NCBI GenBank assembly: GCA_002633005.1
Contig: NMRA01000332.1
Coordinates: 1-64,000, forward strand
Reading direction: 5' to 3'
Origin: Phoronis australis
Lineage: Eukaryota; Animalia; Phoronida
DNA length: 64,000 bases
Under the pieces are notes generated by a model. It saw nothing but the letters and a program-made list of their open reading frames with translations. It did not search any database and was not told the origin of the DNA. The translations under genes and the position numbers were made by a program. Of the stretch, positions 52,601 to 63,280 are shown one piece after another; position 1 is the stretch's first letter, and each line of letters begins with the position of its first letter.

Positions 52601-55600
52601 TCCTTGTCGTCCAAACACTGCAGAATGAGGTCCTTGTGTGACTGAACACTCTTGGGGTGGGTCTTGAGGATACGGGACATGGCTAGTAGGCCAAGGTACT
52701 TCACTGAAACGATAGGAAAACACTGAATGCGAGGGAGGCGTAATAGTAACTCCTAGATATCTGAATGAACGAATAGACACTTAGTCAATTTAAAGAACAG
52801 CCTAGCAATGCCTTACAATGGGCTTCACAAGGAGCACCATCTTCTCGTTCAAAATGGGGAGACGTGACTAGCTGCTATTTCACTAACCATTCCTCGAATT
52901 TTGAGAGACAAAATTACAAAAAAGTGACTAACATCTCCTTTGTTACGGATAATGCAATAACATGAGCTGTAAATGATCTGAATTACATGGTAAAGGGTAA
53001 GAATATCTTCTTTTTGTATGAAAGATCTTTAATCAATAACTTTTTTAGGGGTTTGAATTTTGCTACAAGCTGACAATACTTACAGTTCTGATCGGAGTCT
53101 TCAATAAGGATGCGAAGTTTTTGGACACAGAGCTGGAATGAAGAAGAGATCACTAGCTGGATCAGTAGGACAGCAGGGACCCAGTGGGTCGGTTCCACTG
53201 AGACCTGAGACAACAATACGCAATCTGCCACGGGGAAGCTAGCTGAAGAGTGAAACTAGTTTAATCAAGAAACGTGTCGGCACTCCTTCAGAAGCTTGAG
53301 TATTTATAATTCTATTAAGCATTAAATAATTTGCACTAGCTTAGGTGTAATAGCATGTAATAATTCCTCTCGACTGGTACTGTTCACTGGTGTTACAAGA
53401 CAACACTTTTGTGTTCTACGCCTGAAAGACGAGACATTGTCCCAGAAAGAAGCCAAGACCTCCTGACATTAACTAAAAAACAAATTGGATTAAAAATATT
53501 TGTTCTACCTCAACTCAAACACATAAGACATTCAGTGAGCTATATGAAAAGAAAATATTACACAAGGACACATATTTAAGGCCCCGTTATCAAACATATG
53601 TTAGTACCCGGTTTTCACACTACTATATTTAGATTCTACCGCACTTGTAAGGAGTTATAATGTCAATCTTACAACCGAGGGACGAGAGTATCTTACCTGT
53701 ATGGAAGCGGAGTGGTTGGGTATCCCTGAAGATATAGAAACAAGTACTGTAAGCAAGCAGAAAACAAAAACAGCATCAGTTGTTGCACACTTATCTGGTT
53801 CAACAGCTCAACAGGGTCGGAGAACAGCTTCGAAGTTGGACCTACAAACGCCTAGAGACCTGTTCACGTACTAACACACCGACAATGTCAAGAAGTCGAC
53901 GACAAAAAAGTAACAGGACACAATGAGGTGTTCTTCCATTTTCTGAAGAGATTGTTAGTGGAATGACGGACGTTCAAGACAAAGTTGTCAAGGAAGGTCC
54001 CAGTGACGCTATTGTAGGTCCAAGGAAAAGATGTTCTCTGACCCTGCAATGAAAGAAGGACGAAAGAAAGAGAGATAGAGAGTTGACACAGTTTATCCAT
54101 CACCACCAAGATAGCGAGACTTATACAGTATGTTAGTTCCATCATTAGCCACTCGATGGCAGTGAACAAATGATGAAACTAGCACAATACGCATTGTACA
54201 ACAAGAAGCAAAATTAGGCAAAAGCGAGGACAGGTTTTGGAAACATTACTCCAAAACCCAAACAGAGTATCTTGGCAAAACATTACCTTAATTTTAAATT
54301 AATTGTCAGCCTTCGTGAAGACATTTCATACTTCATCAAAGACACGGTGACTGAACACCTTAATTCATGCCATAAAATGTTGCAAAATTGTTTATGATCA
54401 TGTGACCACCACTTTTGAGATGACAAGTTATGCTTTAAACATGAACTTCTAAAAACCTTTTGCGTTTGAATTACAGGTTAATATTACCATTGATATGCAT
54501 AAAAACAGACTTTGGTTTCATTTTACTTCAAATAACAGAGATACTAGCCATCAAAGACGCTTTTCAAAACATCGTTTTATTTTTGAACACGGACAAACTC
54601 CGTTCCAAGCCAAATCTATAATCCGAGACACAACTGCCTCAGGTATAGACAATTAAAACAAATTACATAAAACTCCATAAGAAATGATGAACTCACTATA
54701 AATTAGAAACTGACGTTCAAAACGGCCAAGGATGTAGAAAATCAATACTTGAAATGAAAGGCAAAGATTCGTCACATAACTGAAAGTTATGTAACTGAAA
54801 GTTTTTTTTTTAAAATTTCATAATTTAACACATACTGCATTTAAACAAACGCTATGAGCAGCAATGAACAGAGTGCATATTGAATTTTTGAAAAAAATTA
54901 ACGGAGGTCAACAATGACTTTAACTAGACTGGAATGATAGGAAAACAGATGTTGGAGCAGTGTGTGAAAAATACCCCGGAAGGGAAAAACACAAATTCCT
55001 TGTTCCCGACAGCATCCACTCCCCAATAATAAATCCCACATCACTACTCGTAGTTGTAAAACCAGAATACAATAATTCTTCACATACTTTGCACAAACGT
55101 AAATTACAGAAAAGCTATTTTCCCCTTTTCAAGAGTGATTATTTTGCCTACATTGTAACTACACCGAATGCATTTAAACTGATTAATAGTAGAGTACCAT
55201 TTTATTTTTCATTTAGAAATTTGACAGAATAGGTTTCCCTTGTCCACCATATTGTGTGCTAAATACGTGAAGAATTGAAACAGTAATTTGAACACGGAAA
55301 AGCTAACAAAGAGGGAAACATGACAAACAATACATCAACAGAAAGAGGTTAAGATAAGAAAAATCATGGTAAGTGTACAACACATGATGTTATTCCAACA
55401 GTAAAACAAGGACATTTATTGTAATAAAACAAATAACCTGACTCGGCTCGCAATATATACAATCCCTTTACATATACATATACTGTATATATGTATATGT
55501 ATATGTATATGTATACATAGCTTTAGAACTTGTAATGTAATTTGATAATGAAGGTTAGTATTAATCAATTAACAGTGTCAAAACACACAATTTGAGCACT

Positions 55601-58600
55601 ACGTCAACAATTTATTTAGACAACAATAACACCTATGAGCTCTGTTCCAACAATGATACAGCCATATAAAACGAGAAACGACATCTTGTATTACTTGAGG
55701 AGTCTACTTGTTTGTGATGTGTTGCAAATTTAGCAATCGACACTTGAATTTGTGTGAAATGTGTGGTCATAAGGTCATTGCCATATCACTGAAGAAAGGC
55801 TCAATATTAATTGAAACTGAATTGTTTTCACCATGGATGTTAAGTAGCTTGGGGTGCACCATGCATGATGTATTTCCAATATTAAACTGGCAAAATGTTA
55901 ACAAATGCCTGAAACTCATTAACTAATGGGTGGCTTTTATGAGTACAGCACTCAAAATATAAGCATGGTGATCGAATTCGATCAAGGTGCCTCAAACTCT
56001 GAGCTGGCTGGTCAACATGTGAGCATGATGGCTCAATATTTGAGGACTATGGCTCAACGCAAATAGCCTGATGAAACTGCTGCTGACCATGACAAATAAG
56101 TTAGTTAGATGTAAGAGGCGAATTATTAAGAACTTCTTTCCACTTCGTTTTGGTCAAAACTATATGAAAAAAAAATTTAATGCAAGCCAACTTAGTAAAA
56201 CTTCACAAATAAAGCTAATTCTACATGACTTCAAATGTAGAGAATTCTTCAGCTGAGTTTTGAATTTCCACTGGTTCACCAATAAAAAGGCCGCTACAGC
56301 TGAATGCTAATGACTTTTGAATTCTACTATTAATAAATTCTTAGTAGAAATCGTGAATTACTAAGTGCTCTACTATTGTACATGCATCTTTCCAATGATG
56401 AGACTAACTTTACATTCTTGACTAGAGAAATCAGTATTATAGTTCCGTAACAGCTCTTCATCAACACAAACTTAGTTGAAGGCACGACTACTTTTGTTAA
56501 ACAGCATACTCGTTCATAGTCTCAATACAATCTCCTATCTTCAGGTGAAGCAAAACACCCAGAAACATAACGTACAAACAAGTCAGAAGTAGTTGCTATG
56601 TTTCGTGCAGCTCACAGGTGTTTACCACACGATGGCTCTGTTCCATTAGACTTGCGGGATCCCTACCGTGTGACACATTCACACTGTCTCTCTGCTTGCA
56701 TGCCCGTCTACCAGCTGTTATCGTTTACGTCACTGTATATTTCACTTCGTCCAAGCTCCTTTCCTCTATTGTCTCGAAATACAACAACTGTTTTAACTTG
56801 TTTGTATGTTATGTCTCTTGGTGTTTTGCTTCATAACTGCACACCCGAAGACAGGAGATTGTATAGAGACTACCAACAAGTATATAACAAGCTGTCTAAC
56901 AAAAAGTACAATAATGACTTCAACCAAGTTTGTGACTAGTACGGTATCTTTAACTTCAATTGCTTATCACCATGCACTTTCGTGTGTTCAATGTACTGAA
57001 ATTTGATACATCGCACCAACTTCCCCAAGTTTTGTCAAGTTATGGTGCAAGGTGGAGAAGAAAACTCCGTAGAAGTTCACTTGCAAATCGTAACGGGAAA
57101 AACAAAAAATGTCTAAACGGTAATTTCAACAAAGTCGTGAAATAATTGTCACTTATTGAAAATTGCCGTAGGTTTAACTTTTACACAACTAGAGCAGTAG
57201 ATAGACAAAATTGAGAGATCTTACCTGCTATGACAGTGTTTATGCACTCGTACAGCAGAGACATGGCTGAGGTGCTGTAACAGAATGGCACTGAATGTAA
57301 CCCTCTAGCAAAACACAGCTCTATGGCAGTAAAGATTTCACCAAAAAGACTTGGCTATCTGGCAGTTTTATTAATAGCCTGATAAAGAACGAGACAAAAC
57401 TAACGAGATAAGACACGGATATCCAGTAACGATAGCTAATGCTGTTACCAGTAGAAAATACTCGTCAACTATTCAGCCAGTAAAACACTTAGTTATAGAA
57501 TGGCTAAGCCACTTTTCTAACTTTCCTATTAATTCCCTTTCATTCTCGGTCATGAGACAAGACTGTTCTGGCGATGAATTCAGCGTCCACCCAGCAACAT
57601 GACGGAGGAATTCCAGGTCATTTTGATTGAATATTTTTGGCTCATACTATTCTTTTTAACAAAAAAGACAACCTATGTTCTTCAAAGCAAAAATCACAGA
57701 TTTCTTTACTCAATGCATGTCAAATCATGACATTTCAAACCCATGTTTACATGCTTTTGTGCAACTTTTCAAAAAAAAAAACACGCAGAATTTGAAATTG
57801 ATAAAACTGATATGGGAGGACAAGCTGTTTTTCTTTTATTTTGTCGTTGAGTGCAGGTCTCAAAATGAATAGGTTAAAGACCAAATACAACCAACTTTTC
57901 TTTTTGGCAGATCACCTGTGATCTCTGTCACTGTTAAGAACTTACCTGTGAATTAAGTTAGTGAGTGGCTCAATCAACTTCTTGCCGAGTCGAGGTTCAA
58001 GTGGTGTCAAGGCACCAAACTGCAGAGTGAAAAAACGAACAAATAGTAAACAAACAGCAAAATGCTACATAGGAACACTAGAGAGTAATCAAGCAGAAAT
58101 GCAACTACACAAGGGCTCGTACTGTCTTCAGGAGCTATTGGAGAATTCCTATTTTCGACTAAGGCCCTTACAGTCACCAAAAGGTTATTTAGAGCTTCAG
58201 AAGGATTGTTTTTACGCAAAAATAAAACACTTGATCTTAGCCAGCATTTTCTTTGGAAATTAATGAAGCTAAAATTCACAAACCATGCAAGCAGGAGGTT
58301 ACCACATGAACTGTGGCATCTACAACAGCAGCACAAACTTACCAGTTTGATTATCTTGATGAGGACCCAGTTATTAGTGGAAGTCGTCATCAGTTTGAAG
58401 AACATTGGGGCCAGCGACAGATAGTTCTTGGGGTTCTTGCGTGCCAACTCACAGATGACGTTTACTGCTGCAGACTGTACACCTGTGTCAACAATAGAAA
58501 AAATGAAGCAGCTTTGTACCCACTGTTAGTCATGAAACAAACTCTGGCCTTAAGAGCATTTATCATTGGCTCAAGTTTTCCTCACTCAGATCAGAAGTAT

Positions 58601-61600
58601 TGTCTGGGTTTGGGAAGAACCGAGAACCAACAGTTTGCAATTGCCCGAGACCAGACACAACAACTTGGTTTGAACTTAGTTATGCTAGTCATCTTGAACA
58701 TGACCTCAAACAATAACAAATTGGATTAGTGCCAACTGAATTACATGTTTCAATATGCTGATCAAATGGATTCAGTAATACCTGGATCAGGATCTTCCAA
58801 TTTATCTTTTAGACGAGGGAAGGCTGGCCGTAGTGCCTCAGGGAACCGTAAGAACACTTTGTACATGATCAGCACTGCCTTCTTGCGTACATAGGGCTTG
58901 GTCGATGACATCTGAAATTGGAGGCAGAGCGTAGTTAAAAACAGGATGCACATGGGAGCTCAAGGTCTGAGAATGAAATGTAGGGACAACAGAGGACTTC
59001 AGTTTGGATTGCGACTCCCACGTCTTGCGTCTGAGATCCAATCTTGGGTACACCGAGAGATTTAGCACTGCTCATACTTGAGAACGCAAAAAGGAATCAA
59101 TGAGAATATTCAATAGTAACCAAGATAATTCATTAAACATTAAGTTGTTCCTCCTAGAGTAAGAAAATTCTCAATTCATTTCAAAATATTGCAATGTTAT
59201 GAATAAGTACATACATCTGAATTCTGTACGATTCTAAGTTTTCAAAGTTAGATTTTTAAAACCAACTCCAAGCAAGAGCAATGCGGAGCGTTGAAATGAG
59301 CCTACAAATGCATCGCAAATGGTGTGCTTTTAGGGTTGTTTATTTGGATCATCAAAATGGTCACTAGATGGTGCAAAATACGTTGAATCCGTCTGAAAAC
59401 CAGAAAATGTCATCGTTTCTTTTAAAGAAAGCCATTTACCAAATGAAATTCATCGAGGAACTTCAGAGAAACAGAGGAAATTGCAACAAGGGGGCACATT
59501 GTTCGTCGGATCCGTCTAAAAGTCATCGTCTTCTCTTGTTAACTCCATGTACATACACATGCTAAATTTAATAAAGATCCTGCACAGGGCTTAAGAAAAA
59601 CAGGTATGGGTGCAAAAAACACCACTAGGAGGCGCCACAGTAGTCAAAGTCATCGGAAAATCAACGGCAACCGTCCCTTTCATAGAAAGAACATACATGC
59701 CAACTTTCACAATCATCCTTAGAGTGGTTTGGATGACAGAGGGACGGACGCCAAAAAAACAGACTCAAAAACAACAAAACTGGCCACAAGGTGGCGCAAA
59801 ATACCTTGAATGAATCTGAAGATGAACGGCTAGCGTCACCTCACTAATGGATGTCTAAGGGCCAAATTTTATGGAAATCAGCTGAGGACCTTTGAAGATA
59901 TAGAGGTAAACGTAAAAAACTAAAATTCCCATTAGGGGGCACACAGGTAGACCGATCTGTCTGAAAATCGTCATCGTCCGTTGTCATCTTCATATAAATA
60001 CATTTGCTAGATTTAATAAAGATCCTGTAGGGCGAAAAAAACAAAAACAAAACTACCACTAGGAGGCGCCACAGTAGTCCAAGTCATCGGAAAATAGCCA
60101 TCAACTGTCTTCTTCATAGTAAGAACATACATCCCAATTTTCGCAATCATCCTTAGAGTGGTTTGGTTGGTAGAGTTGCGGACGCCAAAAAACGACTTGA
60201 AAATAGTAAAAATGGCCACTAGATGGCGCAAAATCCATTGAAGCCATCCTAAAACGGGAGGATAGCGTCAACTCATTAACAGATGCCTATGTGCCAAATT
60301 TCATGAAAATCGGTTTTGGACCTTTGAAGAAACAGAGGCAAACACAAAAAACTAAAATTGCCAGTAGGGGGCACAGCGGTATTTGGGTCGGTCCGAAACT
60401 TGTCGCCCTCTGTTGTAAACCCCATAGGAACATACCTGCCAAATTTCAATAAGATCCTGCAATGGGTTTAGGAGATTCAGCCGCAGACGCCGGACGCCCG
60501 GACAGAGATGACGGCAATATGCCACCACGTATTGACAAGGTGCGAGTATTGAATTTGATTAGGTCTCAGTGACGACTTTAACCAGCAGTTTTGGTTTCGG
60601 TTTTAATAGGTTCTCTTAAACATGTGTTTCGGCTCTAAGAAGCTATGAATGCAACAACAGTGAAGTGACACAGGTATACCAACAATCAATTTCCAGAGTC
60701 ACATCTCACTCTTTTTAACATTTCACTCTTATTGAGCTAATACAATGGCCATGAGAGTCTGTGTTCAATAGCCTTTTCGTTTAAACCATAACAGTTACCC
60801 AAACACTGGCCTTCATTTGCTTACCAGTGTCATGATGTCATTAGCCAAGTCACGTGACAGGTCGGGGGTGATAAAGCATGCCAGGCCACACAAAGCCACG
60901 CCCGTGTCGTACATGACGCCCGAGTTGAGGTCCTGCAATACCAATCATGAACTTTGCCAGTACATTCACAAAAAAGAACTATTAGCGGCTAGCAGCAAAA
61001 ACATTACATTAAACTCATGACAAAAGTTTGACAAAAGCATGATCTTATAATGACAAAAGTTCGACTTAACTGCCAAATAATTCTTTTAAGAAGTCCGTCC
61101 GAATTAAGTTGAGCCTGGCAGTTTTTGCCAAAATTTGTCTAGTTTTTACTTTATTTTGAAAACAAATTATACAGTACAAGCAAAGGAATTCCAAGTCATG
61201 ATTGTAGGGCGGAGGCCCAATTTATCGCCAAGGTAGTCTTCCTTCATTACCAGGAATGAATAGGAAATAACAGGAAAGTTAGTTAATACGTGTCTGACTG
61301 TTACACAGTAACCATTAGTCATTTTTACTGTGAACACAATTAGTCACCACGGCGGGGAAACAGTATTGTGTTTGATTTCTTTCAACTTGTACTGCACTTG
61401 CCCTGCACTTGCCCAGCACTTGCCCTGCACTTGCACTGCACTTGCACTGCACTTGCACTGCACTTGCACTGCACTTGCACTGCACTTGCACTGCACTTGC
61501 ACTGCACTTGCACTGCACTTGCACTGCACTTGCACTGCACTTGCACTGCACTTGCACTGCACTTGCACTGCACTTGTACTGTACTTCATAGCAGAAAAGC

Positions 61601-63280
61601 ACTAACAGTCATGGTCTTGAAACAACTACAACTACAATGGGCCACTATGGGCAAGCTGTTACTGACTGAAAACGATGTGTATATTGGCTACTTGCAACTC
61701 TTGACATGGTATAGAAATGAGTAGAGATGAATTAAGCACAACATTGGGATGTCAGTGCTTCCCAAACGTACCTTCCTGATCATATTTGTGGTCAACATCA
61801 GGACATCTGTTCCTTCATGGAAGCTTTGCGAGGCAGCTAGATAACCAATCCTCTGCAACAGCAAGCAAGAACGTCAATCAGAACATCGTTATGAGAATCA
61901 TACTCTACTTTCAATGGTACATTTACTAGGCTGTATCAATAAAGTCTTTAGCTATAGGTGGAAAAACGAGTCGAAACTAAAACCAAATCTAGAATTGTAC
62001 AATCAACAACAAATTTGTTAGAAATGTTCATCAAAAGGTTTGCAAAATTTTCACAGCGACATGGCTGAGAACGTGTATTAAGTGTCAAGGATGCAATGTA
62101 CAACAGAACATAATTCCCACATCTCGGATTCAACTCTCCACTTTTAGGGAGTTAGAAAAATGCATCGAATGATTGACCTACCTTTTAGAAGGTACGGCCA
62201 ATAATGCACTACTGAGCCCTACCAATCAAAGGAAGGAGAATTCATCACGCCTCATTCAGCTTCTCATACACAAAACGTACCGACAGTGGCATAGATTAAG
62301 TGATATCCAATGAGACATTCTGTGTATCGACCGAGACTGAAGGTCAAGGTTGATACAGGGAATAATGTCGAGTGGGATAGTACTTTATCTACGCCAATCC
62401 AGGCATGTTTTGTATTTATCCCACACGCTTTGAATTCCGAATGGGATAATTTTTTACGTCCAAGCCGAAATTGTCAAGAGGTAATTGACTCTCAACTGTT
62501 GTGCCTCAAGACTTTGTAAGGAATATAACATCTGCGATTCCAGCACGACTTTATTCAGCTCCAGTTGTTTTAGATTGTTCACAAGACCTTTTCAGTCAAA
62601 TCCTATTTTTGTCTTTAATTTGAACAAAATCTTTTCGTCCCATTGCACTTGACCTTAGGTTATGTAGGAGCCCAGGAACATGTCCAAAATTGACTACAAC
62701 ACTTCGGAACATCATATCTCAGAAATGGCCGATCAGATTCACGTGAAACCTACACTACGCTTTATACACTGTTCTCAAAAATGTCGCTAGGAATTTTTTA
62801 AAACGTTCCACTTTTGCATGAGGGACTATCACAAATATGGCTTTTACGATTTTCATGAAAAAAAAATTGAAGACGCAGAAAACTAAACCGAAATATTTTA
62901 GAAATCTGTAACAGCGTTTTCAAGATCTCACCTCCAACATCAATATCGAATAAAATTTAGTCACGTTAGTGACGTTATTGTTTTGCTAACACCAGACCCA
63001 ATCAGTAAAAGATTGGTAATAAGTCAGAAATAAAATTCTGGAGGCTTTCTACTTACATAAAGTTTACACTTTATCAACAGAGATAAAATCTGGCTCAATT
63101 TGGAGATATTTGGATAAATACGTGTAGGTCTTTCAATAAGGCCCCACATAACCTTAACGAGAGCTTTACTGAGCACTGGTTCTAGTTATGGAAGCATACC
63201 TTGTAAGTGAACTTGGTAGAACTCATCACCTCGATGATGTTGAATGCTGCCCAGCTAATGTCGTATCCCAACATCTGAAG
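31554..63280 (-). CDS. AP3D1: AP-3 complex subunit delta, 5'-partial (29 exons in window, ~1166 aa; first exons lie beyond position 64000)
   Basis: Adaptin N domain (LQMLGYDISWAAFNIIEVMS, KPYVRKKAVL, ELARKNPKNYL), Lys-rich hinge with DLDFWLS, ear domain; all phases consistent using one copy of the duplicated exon pair. Confidence 0.97.
32205..32287 (-). CDS. AP3D1: AP3D1 window exon 28
   Basis: IVEQVEENASLYAKTIQGHHVCVLVKQL. Confidence 0.93.
32651..33945. mobile_element. 1.3 kb non-autonomous DNA transposon, possibly PIF/Harbinger-like
   Basis: TIR gggctgttccagtaaaa / ttttgctgaaacagccc; no transposase ORF; TSD unclear. Confidence 0.55.
34636..35052 (+). repeat. Dispersed repeat family, copy 2
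   Basis: Diverged copy of 12930-13365. Confidence 0.8.
35318..35442 (-). CDS. AP3D1: AP3D1 window exon 27
   Basis: SQFTELLASGKLAEKYSSKF...ILAKICFHNHFS. Confidence 0.92.
36506..36591 (-). CDS. AP3D1: AP3D1 window exon 26, copy A (duplicate)
   Basis: Same sequence as 38574-38659 by eye. Confidence 0.8.
37155..37295 (-). CDS. AP3D1: AP3D1 window exon 25, copy A (duplicate)
   Basis: Same sequence as 39223-39363 by eye. Confidence 0.8.
38574..38659 (-). CDS. AP3D1: AP3D1 window exon 26, copy B
   Basis: TEEGSTHDKIDFRLSFPVSSYLLPIPCN. Confidence 0.85.
39223..39363 (-). CDS. AP3D1: AP3D1 window exon 25, copy B
   Basis: VGASQHDPVKVPFILLPGAQNEGQFAFQVQSISMTQKLKGTLTYIVK. Confidence 0.85.
40160..40632 (+). 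mobile_element. hAT-like MITE with 6-bp TSD, copy 1
   Basis: TIR cagggcttggaat / attccaagccttg; flanks agcacg / agcaca; homologous to 48042-48528. Confidence 0.85.
40647..40784 (-). CDS. AP3D1: AP3D1 window exon 24 (ear domain)
   Basis: EYETRVNPQQSNSVVASVIFTNLTSSCIKDLEFNVMDSMNMKLTRG. Confidence 0.92.
41175..41337. mobile_element. Short GC-rich MITE
   Basis: Imperfect TIR caggggcagatccag / ctggatccacctatg. Confidence 0.55.
41858..41905 (-). CDS. AP3D1: AP3D1 window exon 23
   Basis: AMSRYKVLGDNKTLKI|gtgagt. Confidence 0.85.
42291..42492. repeat. Minisatellite, ~68-bp unit x3
   Basis: tgaggacaggttt...ggtatttagataaaacaaacaccaagcccc at 42291, 42359 and 42426. Confidence 0.95.
43297..43449 (-). 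CDS. AP3D1: AP3D1 window exon 22
   Basis: KPKKKKEKK...GYEEAEGMSTPSKE...SQLP. Confidence 0.85.
43720..43824 (-). CDS. AP3D1: AP3D1 window exon 21
   Basis: GTDDLDFWLSGSSEPV...VPHE; DLDFWLS is conserved in AP3D1. Confidence 0.88.
44288..44440 (-). CDS. AP3D1: AP3D1 window exon 20 (hinge)
   Basis: GKKKKTTKSEPEEALTPDLL...PVNSTP|gtaaga; phase 0-0. Confidence 0.78.
44752..44899 (-). CDS. AP3D1: AP3D1 window exon 19
   Basis: PLRDDEQLPVRRHR...KKEKKEKK. Confidence 0.87.
45308..45381 (-). CDS. AP3D1: AP3D1 window exon 18
   Basis: GVALSDNEDSHANEEYSALDINLD. Confidence 0.9.
45858..46045 (-). CDS. AP3D1: AP3D1 window exon 17
   Basis: GMTSSDKYLQLQ...KKKK...VSTAMDMPE. Confidence 0.9.
46391..46584 (-). 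CDS. AP3D1: AP3D1 window exon 16
   Basis: MNYQLESRK...QASNPFYIK...IPVTAIDLSVPLHVP. Confidence 0.92.
46917..47015 (-). CDS. AP3D1: AP3D1 window exon 15
   Basis: LDLDKWINEPPKESSDEEEPVRGNLFTNVEEH. Confidence 0.92.
48042..48528 (+). mobile_element. hAT-like MITE with 6-bp TSD, copy 2
   Basis: Perfect TIR cagggcttggaat / attccaagccctg; exact TSD aaaata; right TIR repeated again at 48535-48552. Confidence 0.88.
48697..48842 (-). CDS. AP3D1: AP3D1 window exon 14
   Basis: ACCALQLMKYITKLQ...LFAGDLNPVAAKAQKKVPVPEG. Confidence 0.94.
49380..49611 (-). CDS. AP3D1: AP3D1 window exon 13
   Basis: HLADPKSTLESML...LPGHIQSVYVQN...FVQSADLEVQER. Confidence 0.95.
50092..50322 (-). CDS. AP3D1: AP3D1 window exon 12
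   Basis: YVSVLVELTRMEGTRHGRLIASQMLDVAIRV...EVLYAAAWICGEFS. Confidence 0.95.
   Translation of the reverse strand, partial: VRERVGGADTYGGHPPWPTHRLPDVGCRHSSPSHSSLRRRPDGSTVRECLRSRQQCTEKRHSRGAVRSRMDLWRVL
50377..50467 (-). pseudogene. Degenerate intronic copy of the first 30 codons of AP3D1 exon 12
   Basis: YLSMILKQTHREGIHCWQVTASQMFDIFVH aligns without gaps to YVSVLVELTRMEGTRHGRLIASQMLDVAIR; shares gcctcccagatgtt and gagggca. Confidence 0.75.
50843..51650 (+). mobile_element. Helentron-associated (HINE/DINE-like) element, copy 2
   Basis: Subterminal IR tgcgcccac (50869) / gtgggcgca (51635); hairpin tgcgtccacatat-aa-atatgtgggcgca followed by an A run; gacg microsatellite. Confidence 0.75.
51687..51835 (-). 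CDS. AP3D1: AP3D1 window exon 11
   Basis: VSKKNLMEIVKKLMVHMDKAEGSHYRDELL...YQYITNFEW. Confidence 0.95.
52558..52703 (-). CDS. AP3D1: AP3D1 window exon 10
   Basis: LKYLGLLAMSRILKTHPKSVQSHKDLILQCLDDKDESIRLRALDLLYGM. Confidence 0.95.
53084..53132 (-). CDS. AP3D1: AP3D1 window exon 9
   Basis: LCVQKLRILIEDSDQN. Confidence 0.94.
53697..53746 (-). CDS. AP3D1: AP3D1 window exon 8
   Basis: VLVSISSGIPNHSASIQ. Confidence 0.92.
56546..56833. repeat. Fold-back element with ~60-bp inverted arms
   Basis: tgaagcaaaacacccagaaacataacgtacaaacaagt <> acttgtttgtatgttatgtctcttggtgttttgcttca. Confidence 0.85.
57225..57274 (-). CDS. AP3D1: AP3D1 window exon 7
   Basis: STSAMSLLYECINTVIA. Confidence 0.93.
57946..58019 (-). 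CDS. AP3D1: AP3D1 window exon 6
   Basis: FGALTPLEPRLGKKLIEPLTNLIH. Confidence 0.95.
58343..58482 (-). CDS. AP3D1: AP3D1 window exon 5
   Basis: GVQSAAVNVICELARKNPKNYLSLAPMFFKLMTTSTNNWVLIKIIKL. Confidence 0.95.
58782..58911 (-). CDS. AP3D1: AP3D1 window exon 4
   Basis: MSSTKPYVRKKAVLIMYKVFLRFPEALRPAFPRLKDKLEDPDP. Confidence 0.95.
59273..60530 (+). mobile_element. Helentron-associated (HINE/DINE-like) element, copy 3
   Basis: Same 5' end and internal modules as copies 1 and 2, with more module copies; 3' hairpin truncated. Confidence 0.7.
60825..60932 (-). CDS. AP3D1: AP3D1 window exon 3
   Basis: DLNSGVMYDTGVALCGLACFITPDLSRDLANDIMTL. Confidence 0.95.
61385..61582. repeat. 11-bp minisatellite (ACTTGCACTGC) x18
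   Basis: Direct tandem array with variant units at both edges. Confidence 0.97.
61772..61852 (-). CDS. AP3D1: AP3D1 window exon 2
   Basis: RIGYLAASQSFHEGTDVLMLTTNMIRK. Confidence 0.95.
63200..63280 (-). CDS. AP3D1: AP3D1 window exon 1
   Basis: LQMLGYDISWAAFNIIEVMSSTKFTYK. Confidence 0.95.

Noticed and set aside
61315-61724. Cys/His-rich ORFs (SAVQVQCKC, HLHCTCTALAL) suggesting a metal-binding protein
   Set aside because: Pure translation of an 11-bp intronic minisatellite; open in all frames
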